64,000 nucleotides of DNA from an uncultured Acidobacteriota bacterium (GTDB taxonomy: Bacteria > Acidobacteriota > Thermoanaerobaculia > Multivoradales > UBA5704). Where the stretch lies: assembly GCA_963700145.1 (NCBI GenBank), contig OY969474.1:4032001-4096000 (forward strand), read 5' to 3'. This document shows, piece after piece, positions 21,138-32,006 of the stretch. The position numbers and the translations under genes were made by a program. The notes below the pieces were generated by a model. That model ran no database searches. It worked only from the letters and a program-made list of their open reading frames with translations, and was not told the origin of the DNA. Each line of letters begins with the position of its first letter. Within the stretch, counting starts at the first letter, position 1.

Positions 21138-23855
21138 CTAATACCGCGCGATGGCGGAGAGCACGATCGCCCGCGCCTGCGAGAGGTCGGTCGGCCGGCC
21201 GAAGTTGGCGTTGTTCGGCGCCGCCGCCCGGCCGACGATCAGCCGGTCGTCCACCTGCAGCGCCACCTGCTCGTCGAAGACGTTCTGCACCGCCCCTTCG
21301 AGCTCCAGCTCGAGCGGCCCGAGGTCGAAGGCGTACGAGGTCAGCAGGTTGACGTTGAGCCAGTCCTCCATGCGCCGCGAGCCGGCTGGCTCGAGGTAGC
21401 GGAAGTGCGAGCTCGACGAGACGTTCGCGTCGGGGAGCCCCCGCGCCTCCCAGGCGCCGCCGCTCTGGTAGCGCAGGTAGCTGCCGACCTTCCAGCCCGG
21501 CAGCGCCGGCATCGGCCGGATCGTGGCGAAGACCTTCGCCACGTGCGTGCGGTCGCCGCGCAGGATGCCGTCGCGGTTGTCGCTGATCAGGACACCCGGG
21601 CCGTCGTGGATGAAGGAGGAGTTGAGGAACGGCGAGTCGTTGGGGCTGAAGTCGATGTCCCAGTTGCCCTTCAGCTCGCTCCAGGTGTAGCTCGTATTGA
21701 GCGCCAGGCCCATCCAGCGCTCGCGCGGCGCGTGGTTGACCTGCAGGGTCAGCTCCGAGTACTCGCGGTAGGCGTCGTCGAGCTGCGCGACGCGGAAGGG
21801 GCCGTTGCCCAGGCCGTCGCGCGAGATGTCCTCCATGATGTCGCCGACCTCGCGGTACATCCCCCACGCCTCGAACGACCAGGCGTCGCCGAAGGGGGTG
21901 GCGTAGCCGAGGACGATCTCGTCGGTGTACTGCGGGTCGAGCCCGGCGTCGACGGTCTTGGTCTGCGTGTTGGCGGCGGGGACCTCGGAGACCAGGCCGC
22001 CGGCGGCGTTGAACGTGGCGCGGGTGGTGAAGATGCGGGTCGGCGAGGCGGCGCGCTCCAGCGACTTGTTGTCGGTGTTGTAGTAGCGGCCGAGATTGAA
22101 GAAGACCTTGTCCCCCACCTCCATCCGCGGCACGTAGGAGAAGCCCAGCCGCGGCTGGATCTGCTGGTCCCAGTCGAACTCGAGGATCTTGACCTTCCGC
22201 TTGGTGCCGGGGGTCGAGCCCAGCCCCTCGCCGAAGTACTCGTCGCGGCTGACCAGGAGACCGGCGGTCACGGTGGTGCGGTCGCCGATCGTCACCTGGT
22301 CCTGGAGGAAGATGCCGTAGCCCTTGCCCTCCCCGGTGTGCGGCGGCTGAGTCGAGACGTAGGTGGCGGTGAAGAGCCGGGTCGTCGGGTTCCAGGTGAT
22401 CGTCCCCCAGCCGTTGCCCTGGCGCTCGAGGCGCTCTTCGTCCTCGCTGTAGGTCAAGCCGAAGCGGACGTCGTGCGACTGGCCGAACCACTCCTGGAAG
22501 GTCTGGTACGTGGCCCGGACCTCGTCGCGCTTGAAGTCCTGGTTGTTGATCGCGAGGTCGGCGCCGCCGACGATCTGGCCGACGGCGGTGGCGCCGCCGA
22601 TGATGCGGTCGGCGGTGGTGGTGAAGCGCCCCACCAGGTCGGGGCGGGCGGCGTCGAAGGCCGGCCGGTAGCCCTTGTCGGTGATCGGCTGGGTCGAGTT
22701 CTCCTCCTTGTTGTGGTTGAGCTTGACCTCGAGGAAGCTGTTCGGGGTGGTCAGCCAGGTCCAGGCGCCGGTCGCCAGCACGTAGTCGGTGGAGTCGTTG
22801 CTCCCCGCCGACGGATGGACGAGCGAGGTGATGCCGGCGTTCTCGATCGTCCGCTCGCGCGTGCGGTAGGAGGCGACGAGGACGTGGCTCTGGAGCGGGT
22901 TCGCGCTCAGCTTGCCGAACAGCTCGTCGACCTCGTCGTTGCGGTCCGGCACGCTGCCGAGGTTGTTGACGCGGTCGGTCTCGGTCAGCGTCGGCTGGAT
23001 GAAGGAGCCGTACCACCAGAGGCGGTCGCGCAGGAAGGGCCCGCCCAGGGCGAGCCCGAGGGCCTCGCGGTCCCTCGTGTTCTGCAGCGTCGCGAGTTCG
23101 CTGTCCGCCGTCCAGTCGGCCGGCTGGAACTCGGCGCGCGCCTCCCCCTTGATCTGGTTGGTGCCCGACTTGGTCACGGCGCTGATCACCATGCCGCCGG
23201 TGCGCCCGAACTCGGCGGTGACGCCGCCGCGCTTGATGCTCACCTCGTCGATGTCGAGCTCGGAGACGTCGGGCACGATGTCGCCGTAGTGCGGGTTGGT
23301 GATGTTGATGCCGTCGAGGAGGAACGTGTTGTCCATGCGCGAGCCGCCGGCGTTGGGCGTGGTGTTGCGGTTGTTCTCGGCGACGCCCGGCGCGAGCTGG
23401 AAGAGCCCCTTGTAGGTGCGCGGGATCGGCAGGTCCTCGATCTGCTCGTGGCGGTAGTTGGTCTGGATCTCGGTCGACTTCACGTCGACGACCGGCGCGG
23501 CGGCGGTGACGGTGATGTCCTCGGCCACCGCCGGCGAGAGCGTCAGCTCGACCTGCGTGTCCTTCTCGAGGGCGACGACGACGTCGCGGGTGACGCTGCC
23601 CAGCCCGGACAGCTCCGCCGTCACCTGGTAGAGGCCCGGCAGCAGGCGTTGGAAGCCGAACTTCCCCTCCTCGTCGGTCGCCGTGATGCGGCCGGCGGGG
23701 AGGAGCTCGCCGCGCACCCCGACGGTGACACCGGGGAGGACCGAGCCGTCCGCCGACCGCACGGCGCCGGAGATCGACCCGGTCTCCTGGGCGAACGCCG
23801 GGAGCGCGATGACGCAGAGAGCGAGAAGGACGGGGACGAAGAGCCTGGGACGCAT
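21138..23855 (-). CDS. TonB-dependent receptor with N-terminal carboxypeptidase-regulatory-like domain
   Basis: Signal peptide, AQETGSISGAV, AEFGRTGGMVISAVTKSG plug motif and an aromatic C-terminal residue. Confidence 0.9.
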   Translation of the reverse strand: MRPRLFVPVLLALCVIALPAFAQETGSISGAVRSADGSVLPGVTVGVRGELLPAGRITATDEEGKFGFQRLLPGLYQVTAELSGLGSVTRDVVVALEKDTQVELTLSPAVAEDITVTAAAPVVDVKSTEIQTNYRHEQIEDLPIPRTYKGLFQLAPGVAENNRNTTPNAGGSRMDNTFLLDGINITNPHYGDIVPDVSELDIDEVSIKRGGVTAEFGRTGGMVISAVTKSGTNQIKGEARAEFQPADWTADSELATLQNTRDREALGLALGGPFLRDRLWWYGSFIQPTLTETDRVNNLGSVPDRNDEVDELFGKLSANPLQSHVLVASYRTRERTIENAGITSLVHPSAGSNDSTDYVLATGAWTWLTTPNSFLEVKLNHNKEENSTQPITDKGYRPAFDAARPDLVGRFTTTADRIIGGATAVGQIVGGADLAINNQDFKRDEVRATYQTFQEWFGQSHDVRFGLTYSEDEERLERQGNGWGTITWNPTTRLFTATYVSTQPPHTGEGKGYGIFLQDQVTIGDRTTVTAGLLVSRDEYFGEGLGSTPGTKRKVKILEFDWDQQIQPRLGFSYVPRMEVGDKVFFNLGRYYNTDNKSLERAASPTRIFTTRATFNAAGGLVSEVPAANTQTKTVDAGLDPQYTDEIVLGYATPFGDAWSFEAWGMYREVGDIMEDISRDGLGNGPFRVAQLDDAYREYSELTLQVNHAPRERWMGLALNTSYTWSELKGNWDIDFSPNDSPFLNSSFIHDGPGVLISDNRDGILRGDRTHVAKVFATIRPMPALPGWKVGSYLRYQSGGAWEARGLPDANVSSSSHFRYLEPAGSRRMEDWLNVNLLTSYAFDLGPLELELEGAVQNVFDEQVALQVDDRLIVGRAAAPNNANFGRPTDLSQARAIVLSAIARY

Positions 23856-23958
23856 GGCGAGCCTCCTCTCGATTTCGCCCCGGGGAGGCTCCCTCGCGCT
23901 CCCCGGGTTCTTCTAGGGGTGACGGGAGTGTTGCCGCGGCGAGGATAGCATGCGGTCG

Positions 23959-24483
23959 ATGAGCCAGATCCGCGACGAAGTCCTCGCCGCCAACGCCGCC
24001 TACGCCGAGTCCTTCGGCGATCGCGCCGGCCTGCCCGTGCCGCCGGCCCGGCGCTTCGCCATCTTGACCTGCATGGACGCCCGCCTCGACCCGGCCAAGT
24101 TCGCCGGCCTGGCCGAGGGCGACGCGCACGTCGTCCGCAACGCCGGCGGCCGCGCCAGCGACGACGCCATCCGCTCGCTGGTCATCTCCTGCAAGCTCCT
24201 GGGAACCCGCGAGTGGTTCGTCGTCCACCACACCGAGTGCGGCATGGAGACCTTCACCGACGAGGTCGTAGGGCAGCTCCTGGCCGGCGCGTCCGAGGGC
24301 GAGCCCGTCGACTGGCTGGCCATCCGCGACCGCAAGGCGAGCCTGGTCGCCGACGTCCGCCGCCTCCGCGACCACCCCCTGGTTCCCCCCACCATCCAGA
24401 TCTACGGCTTCATCTACGACGTCAAGACCGGCAAGCTCGAAGAGCTCCCCGAAGCCACGGCGGCAGGCCGGGCGGGAGGTTAG
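23959..24483 (+). CDS. Beta-class carbonic anhydrase
   Basis: CMDAR, RNAGGR, HHTECG and YDVKTG motifs. Confidence 0.92.
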   Translation: MSQIRDEVLAANAAYAESFGDRAGLPVPPARRFAILTCMDARLDPAKFAGLAEGDAHVVRNAGGRASDDAIRSLVISCKLLGTREWFVVHHTECGMETFTDEVVGQLLAGASEGEPVDWLAIRDRKASLVADVRRLRDHPLVPPTIQIYGFIYDVKTGKLEELPEATAAGRAGG

Positions 24484-24527
24484 CGGCGCTTAGCGAGCGC
24501 GACCGCGCCGGATATCGCAGTCTGGCC

Positions 24528-24641
24528 TGTCATCCCGAGCGAGAGCGAGGGATCTGGGTGGGGGGCGGTGCGATGAACCTCCAAGTAGAAGGGCTTCGCG
24601 CCACCCTGCCCCCAGATCCCTCGCTCACGCTCGGGATGACA
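24528..24641. repeat. REP-like element, full inverted pair
   Basis: TGTCATCCCGAGCGAGAGCGAGGGATCTGG...CCAGATCCCTCGCTCACGCTCGGGATGACA, between convergent genes. Confidence 0.9.
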
Positions 24642-24673
24642 TCTCATGTTGGTCGAACGAGCGGGGCCAGAAG

Positions 24674-26221
<1,548 letters not shown>

Positions 26222-26313
26222 GGCGGAGGACGCTATCTCGCCGCCCGCGCTCGCGCCAGGCGGCGGAGGCCCGGGGAACCTCCCGGCGCGGCCGGAGATC
26301 CTCCGGCGACACC

Positions 26314-26600
26314 GGAAATGCACCACCGGGCGCCTCGGTGGTGCATCCGAGCCGCTCGGAATGTCTTCCCGCCAGGAGAAATGCACCATCGAAGCGAAAA
26401 GAGGTGCATCCCGGCGCCAGGGAATGTCTTCCGAACGCTCCGGAATGGATTCCCGACGCCTCGGAATGGATTCCCGGGCGTCCGCTGGTGCATTTCTGCT
26501 CTTCGCTGGTGCATTTCTCTGCCTCGGGATCTACCCCGAGCGCTCCGGTGGTGCATTTTCCCCGGAAAGTGGTGCATTTCTCCAGGCGCGGGTCTATCTC
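26314..26600. repeat. Degenerate intergenic array with 21-nt period (~14 units)
   Basis: GTGCAT at 26341, 26404, 26488, 26509, 26551 and 26572; ATGCAC at 26318 and 26381; ATG(T/G) cores at 26361, 26424, 26445 and 26466. All within-class spacings are multiples of 21. Confidence 0.85.
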
Positions 26601-26685
26601 CGGCGCCTCCCCGGCTCTCTCCGACCGGCGGGGACTCTTCCCCGACCCTGGATGAAAGCTCCTCCGGTTCCTGTTTCCTCCCTCC

Positions 26686-27855
26686 ATGACCCGCCTGCCC
26701 GCCCTCGCCGCGCTCCTGCTGCCGCTCCTCGCCGCCGCCCCGGCGGCCGCGGCGCGGACCTCGATCCTCCAGGACCCGCTCTTCCGCGACGAGGCGCGCC
26801 AGGGGCTCAACCACATGTACGACATGGAGCTGGGCATCGCCGACGAGGTCTTCGGGCGAATCACCGCGCGCTACCCCGACCACCCGGTCGGGCCGTACCT
26901 GGAAGCCCTCCTCCCCTGGTGGGGCATCCAGCTCGAGCCGGACGACCCGTCGCAGGACCCGCTGGTCCTCGACGCCATGGAGCGGGTGATCGCGCTCTGC
27001 GACCGGCGCCTCGCGGCCGACCCGGAGGACCTCGACGCCCTCTTCTTCAAGTCCGGCGCGCACGCCCTGCGCGGGCGGGTCCACTCCGACCGCGGGCGCT
27101 ACCTGCGGGCGGCGCGCGACGGCCGGCTGGCCCTCCACGCCCTGCACGAGGTCGTGCGGCGCGACCCCGGCAACGACGACCTCTACTTCGGCCTCGGCCT
27201 CTTCCACTACCTGGTCGAGGTGGTGCCGAAGGAGTACAAGGTCCTGCGCCCCTTCGCGCGGCTCTTCCCCAAGGGCGACCGGCAGCAGGGGATCGGCGAG
27301 CTGGAGCGCGCCATGAACGGCGGGCAGTTCGTCTCGGCGGAGGCGGCCTTCTCGCTGCTCCAGATCCACTACCTCTTCGAGAAGGACTACGCGGCGAGCC
27401 TGCGCTACGCGCTCTGGCTGCGCGCCCGCTACCCGGACAACTCGATCTTCCACCTCTACGAGGGGCGGGTTTACGAGCGGCTGGGGCAGCTCGCGCAGGC
27501 GCGGCGGGCGCTCGGCGAGGTGCTCGACCGCCACGCCAAGGGGCAGAGCGGCTACACCGACGCGATGGCCGAGCGCGCGCTCTACCTCCTCGCCCGCGTC
27601 GAGATGCGCCAGAAGCGCAACGTCGAGGCCCTCGCCTACCTTGAGCGGCTGGAAAGCCTCACGGCGTCGCGCCCGATCGTCACCGAGTACAAGGCCCTCG
27701 GCCGCCTGCGCAAAGGCATGGCCCTCGACGCCCTCGGCCGCCGCCAGGACGCCGTCCGCTGCTACCGCGACGTCCTCTCCCTCCGCGGCGACGCCGCCGA
27801 CGGCGACGTCCGCAGCCGGGCGAAGGGGTATCTGAAGAAGCCGTATCTGAGCTAG
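26686..27855 (+). CDS. Secreted TPR-repeat protein
   Basis: Signal peptide and helical TPR-like repeats (DDLYFGLGLFHY, YPDNSIF). Confidence 0.8.
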   Translation: MTRLPALAALLLPLLAAAPAAAARTSILQDPLFRDEARQGLNHMYDMELGIADEVFGRITARYPDHPVGPYLEALLPWWGIQLEPDDPSQDPLVLDAMERVIALCDRRLAADPEDLDALFFKSGAHALRGRVHSDRGRYLRAARDGRLALHALHEVVRRDPGNDDLYFGLGLFHYLVEVVPKEYKVLRPFARLFPKGDRQQGIGELERAMNGGQFVSAEAAFSLLQIHYLFEKDYAASLRYALWLRARYPDNSIFHLYEGRVYERLGQLAQARRALGEVLDRHAKGQSGYTDAMAERALYLLARVEMRQKRNVEALAYLERLESLTASRPIVTEYKALGRLRKGMALDALGRRQDAVRCYRDVLSLRGDAADGDVRSRAKGYLKKPYLS

Positions 27856-27868
27856 GGCGCGGGCAGCT

Positions 27869-30800
27869 TCACTCTTCTACTTCAAGCGGCTCCGCAAGTG
27901 CGGGCCACTTCAGGCTCCACAACGGAATACCCCAGACATACCTCTTGCGCTCCGCTAGATTCACTTCATTCTTGGCAAAGATCGCTAGGCGACTACGATC
28001 GGGCGTAACGGCGACGACTTGCACGGCGGACGTGCTCGAAAACCCCCAACTCCATTCGTGGCCGGCGCGGCCTAGATACACGTTTCTGGTGTCTGCACTA
28101 TAAACGTAATCGCCATCCCCCGAGAACCGAACTTCGGCTCCCTCGTAGAGGTGCGCCACCGCCGGGCCAATATCAACGCTTGGTCCAAGTGACCACACGT
28201 GGAGGGCCCCCTTCGGTGCGACGGCAGCAGCCCTGGTTCCCTGTGAGTTGAAGACAAAAGATGGGGAGACTTCGTCAGAGTATTCGTCTGGAAAAAGTGG
28301 TCTATTCAATCCGGGAGGCTTCCATGGCTGCCAAAGATGCAATTTCCCGTCGTTTGCAACTCCGGCCACCCACTCACCATTTGGGCTAAACCAAATTGGG
28401 AAGATCTCAAAACCGTTCCCGGCGACCGCTCCGGCCGCTAACACGCCGACGGACGTAACGCGTGCGCCGATGTCCCAGGTGATGAATGGCTCCGACCACC
28501 TCCGCCCAACGAGCCACCTCGCTCCTGGTGAGAACTGGACAAAGTAGCTGGTGGGTCGCCGCTGAGACTCGGAGGATTGAGCATCCTCCACCAGGGCCGG
28601 CGGTGGGTTGATCGTGAAGCGTTCGGACGTGCCGATCCTCCACACCGATAAGGAGTCAAGAATGGCGACCCCGGCTTCCGGCCTGCGAGAATCGCGTCGC
28701 TTAGCGTCAGTCCACACCATCCATTGATCATCATCGCTAAAGACGGGCCCCGATCTCGGGGACGTCACAGCAACAGGAGTTGCCCGTTGCTGCACATCCG
28801 TGCCCGGCCGAAGTACAAACAGGTTGTAGTCGCCGTCCTTGACAGCTAACCATTTGCCGCGAGGCGAAAAGGTCATACGGGATGGATAGGTCTCGACGAC
28901 CAGTCCCTGTCGTCGCCAATCCACAGGAGCCACACGAATGAGGGGGCGATGTCCCATCGCCGCGCGCTGGGCGGGATTCCACACATAAATTTCACCATTT
29001 GGCATTGCCGCAGACACCCATCGGCCGTCGGGACTGAACTGCAGCAGCAGCTCAGACGTTTCCACCCACCGCGGCAACCCCGACAGCACAGGCGTGGAAT
29101 CTAGAGTCATTGGATCCGCCGTTGGCCACACGTACAGGTTGCCGTCAGCTGTTATGCCCGCCAGATAATCAGCCGTTGGGCTGACCTCAAATCTTTCGCA
29201 CTGCACCCCACTGCGCTTACGCTGCGACCATGGCTCTCCAAGTCTCCAAACGACCATGCCTTGTTCAGGAACAGCGGACACGGCGGTTGCCATTTTAACG
29301 ACCCAATCGGCCCGCGACATCGGATGGATTTCCAAATGGACTCGCAGCTCCGGCGGCAGGAGCACCGAAAGAACCATTAGCACGACGCCCGACACAGCTG
29401 CGGCGGCCCAACGTCGGCGCTTCGAGTGGAGGTGCCAACGATATCTCTCGCTCGCGTCCCACCAGGACTGCCGCGCGGTGTCGAAGAGAAGCGTGTCTCG
29501 GTTGCTCTCAATCAGGCCACGTTGGTGGCGCGTCAAGGCAAGGGCGGATTTGTCCGTCGCATCGCTCTGATAGAGAGCTAGTTTCTGTCCAACCGCCCGC
29601 TGCAGATCGATCAAACTTTGGTCGAGCAGGAGGTTGCCACGGACTGCCTCGTTTCTCACAACATCCGTGACGACTTCGGCCAGTCGGTCGTGTGACAGCG
29701 TGCATAGTCCACTTGTTGTGATGACGAGACGAGTCTCAGGCGACGACAGCCGCGTCAGCAGCGCTTCGCCGTCCGGTCCAAGCATGCTGACCAGCTCGTC
29801 CCGGGGTAGCCCTTCGCTCCGGCGTCCTTCGGCATCAGCGAGCTCGCGCAGCGCCAGCAAGGCGCGGGTTCTGGCCAAGCGGCTGGCGGCCGGATCTCGG
29901 CCCTCAGGGAAGGCACTGCTGAGGGCACGCTCGAGATGATTAGCAAGGGCGTGCTTGATCTCTGCATCGAGATACTCGGCGGGCGGCACCTCAACTGTCA
30001 CCGGTCCGCCGTGGTCGCCTGAGGAGACGCCACCGCCAGCGCGCTGCAACAGATAATTGAGGACCACCTGTAGCTCGGGCACGAGCGGAGCATCAGGTTG
30101 CGCCTGCCTCGCCTGAGCGAACACCGTGGCCAAGCGCTCCGCCCCCTCCTTCGGCATTACGTAGTGGTAGCGCGAACTGCTGCCCTCGACCAGCGACAGC
30201 GGCTGCATGATGGCTTGCAGAAACGCGCGCTTCGAGTGCTCCTCTCCCTGGTCGCCTGGAGCCGGCTTCCCCATGACCGGCAACACCCAATCGTGAGACT
30301 TCTGTGCATCCGACAGGTCGTGCGGCAGCAAAGCAAGCCCCTCGCGACCGAGCGTACGGGCCTGGGCCAGGACATCCTCGAGCCATCCGCGCACTTCGCC
30401 GTGAAACTCGTGGCGGTAGCACAGGACCCACTTAGCAGCGAAACCCTGAATGATCGGCAGCCGCTGGGCTGTCGCCGCGAGCAGTGGACCGATCCGGGCC
30501 AGCACTTGATCGCGGTTCTCCGCGCTCCGCAGCACGTCATCAAACTGGTCAAGCACCAGGACGGCGGGCTTCCCCGAGAGCGCGTGTACGTGGGCAATCC
30601 ATCGAGCAAACTCCGCCGGCAGGTCGGCGTCCCCGTCGTCGATCGCGACGGACTCGGGCAGCTCGAGAAGGTCTCTGAGCAGACGCTGCGCAAGGCCGGC
30701 ATCTCCGGGCGCTCGCTCGACGCTGACGGCGAACCCGTCGGCCCGCAGGCGCGGAGCTAGGCCCGCTAGCAGCAGAGAGCTCTTGCCGGCGCCCGACGGC

Positions 30801-31480
30801 GCGTGGACGCACAGGACCAGCGGCGGCAAGCGGACGAGTGTTGCTAGCCTGGCTATGTCTGCATCACGTCCGGCAAAGGTGCGGGGGTGCTCGTATGGTC
30901 CAAGCAGAGGGTACGGCTCCGGGGGTAGCGGGGACTCGGCCGGCACGGTGCGCAGAGCAACGCTCGCGGTGGTCGCTGTAACGCTGGCATGAGGCACGAC
31001 ACCGCGCATCCGGTAGTTTGCGAGCTCCTGACTGAGGAGCGCCCGGAACAAAGGAAGCTTGGGGTCCTCCTCCCATCTGAAGAACTTTGCGTTCCGGTTC
31101 AACCCATTCCGAAAGTTCTTTGCCCAAGCACGAGCAATGGGATCGTCATCCCAGAGCCGTCCGGGCCAGTTCTCGTCGGCGAGAAACGAAAGCACCGGTA
31201 CTCGCAGTTCGTCGGCCGCGGCGATCTCGATCGCCGTAATCGACGCCTGGCCATCACCACCCTTCTCCGGCTCTGGCACCCAGCCACGGCGGAAGGCCTG
31301 CAGCAGGATCACGAGGTTGCACTTGCCGATTTCGTCGCGACAGAGCTGGACGATGGGACGGGAGTCGGCCGGAAAGTGTTCCATGCCAACCGGAACCCAC
31401 TGAGCGTCCCGAATAACGTCAGCCGCAGCCAGCCGGTATGGCTTCAGATCCTCAGACGTCGAGGAGATGAAAACTTTCAC
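27869..31480 (-). CDS. DUF4062 - STAND NTPase (nSTAND1-like) - TM - WD40 protein
   Basis: KVFISSTSEDL, PEPYPLLGPY, APSGAGKSS Walker A, LVLDQFDD Walker B, LSHDRLA, and FSP.G.W repeats; lower GC than the flanks. Confidence 0.85.
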   Translation of the reverse strand: MKVFISSTSEDLKPYRLAAADVIRDAQWVPVGMEHFPADSRPIVQLCRDEIGKCNLVILLQAFRRGWVPEPEKGGDGQASITAIEIAAADELRVPVLSFLADENWPGRLWDDDPIARAWAKNFRNGLNRNAKFFRWEEDPKLPLFRALLSQELANYRMRGVVPHASVTATTASVALRTVPAESPLPPEPYPLLGPYEHPRTFAGRDADIARLATLVRLPPLVLCVHAPSGAGKSSLLLAGLAPRLRADGFAVSVERAPGDAGLAQRLLRDLLELPESVAIDDGDADLPAEFARWIAHVHALSGKPAVLVLDQFDDVLRSAENRDQVLARIGPLLAATAQRLPIIQGFAAKWVLCYRHEFHGEVRGWLEDVLAQARTLGREGLALLPHDLSDAQKSHDWVLPVMGKPAPGDQGEEHSKRAFLQAIMQPLSLVEGSSSRYHYVMPKEGAERLATVFAQARQAQPDAPLVPELQVVLNYLLQRAGGGVSSGDHGGPVTVEVPPAEYLDAEIKHALANHLERALSSAFPEGRDPAASRLARTRALLALRELADAEGRRSEGLPRDELVSMLGPDGEALLTRLSSPETRLVITTSGLCTLSHDRLAEVVTDVVRNEAVRGNLLLDQSLIDLQRAVGQKLALYQSDATDKSALALTRHQRGLIESNRDTLLFDTARQSWWDASERYRWHLHSKRRRWAAAAVSGVVLMVLSVLLPPELRVHLEIHPMSRADWVVKMATAVSAVPEQGMVVWRLGEPWSQRKRSGVQCERFEVSPTADYLAGITADGNLYVWPTADPMTLDSTPVLSGLPRWVETSELLLQFSPDGRWVSAAMPNGEIYVWNPAQRAAMGHRPLIRVAPVDWRRQGLVVETYPSRMTFSPRGKWLAVKDGDYNLFVLRPGTDVQQRATPVAVTSPRSGPVFSDDDQWMVWTDAKRRDSRRPEAGVAILDSLSVWRIGTSERFTINPPPALVEDAQSSESQRRPTSYFVQFSPGARWLVGRRWSEPFITWDIGARVTSVGVLAAGAVAGNGFEIFPIWFSPNGEWVAGVANDGKLHLWQPWKPPGLNRPLFPDEYSDEVSPSFVFNSQGTRAAAVAPKGALHVWSLGPSVDIGPAVAHLYEGAEVRFSGDGDYVYSADTRNVYLGRAGHEWSWGFSSTSAVQVVAVTPDRSRLAIFAKNEVNLAERKRYVWGIPLWSLKWPALAEPLEVEE

Positions 31481-31535
31481 GATGCCCAGCCTATTACTGT
31501 GCGTCGCCGGCGACCAGCCGTGATCGGCTCACATT

Positions 31536-31802
31536 TCAAGCCGTAGCGAGCGGAGCGAGATCCTCGGCGCCGATCGGCGGATAGCCGAGGCGCTGCAACA
31601 CGTTGTTGATGTCCGCTACAGTGACGACGGTGGGCGCGGTGATTTCGAGACCGATCGGCGTGCCATCTGCTCGGTAGTCGACGAGGATGCCATGGGCTGC
31701 GGGTTCCGTGCGGTGGCTCGTGCCTGCGGGGAGACGCGCCAGGTAGTAATAGGCGGCCAACGGCCTGCCGTGGCGGAACGTCACCTCGAGGTAGGCGGTC
31801 AC
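31536..31802 (-). CDS. DUF2283-like small protein
   Basis: YLEVTFRHGRPLAAYYYL...GILVDY.ADGTPIGLEI. Confidence 0.7.
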   Translation of the reverse strand: MTAYLEVTFRHGRPLAAYYYLARLPAGTSHRTEPAAHGILVDYRADGTPIGLEITAPTVVTVADINNVLQRLGYPPIGAEDLAPLATA

Positions 31803-31981
31803 CACTCGGATTGACCGGGACGACGCACGGTGGCGTTCTTCCAGAACGCCTCGACCGCAGCGGGATCGTTCGGGTCGTAGGGGCATTCCGGATCGTCGAT
31901 CCGCTCCGGCGCCTTCGCGATCGCCGCCTCGACTTCCTCAGGAGTCGCCGGAAAGGACTTGGAAGTCGTAGCGGGCTTCAT
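31799..31981 (-). pseudogene. BrnA-like antitoxin N-terminal fragment
   Basis: DDPECPYDPNDPAAVEAFWKNATVRRPGQ ends before the expected C-terminal RHH domain. Confidence 0.5.
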
Positions 31982-32006
31982 GCTTCGTTGGCTCCCCGGA
32001 AAGATT

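Noticed and set aside
20391-24375. 1185-aa and 1083-aa ORFs, and similar long ones such as 59531..63037, 41140..44178 and 5731..8004
   Set aside because: These are antisense or alternative-frame shadows of real genes, typical of high-GC DNA, with no motifs of their own.
26314-26600. CRISPR interpretation of the periodic arrays (also 53660-53848)
   Set aside because: The period is only 21 nt, the repeats are degenerate, there are no 30-40-nt unique spacers, and no cas genes are present.
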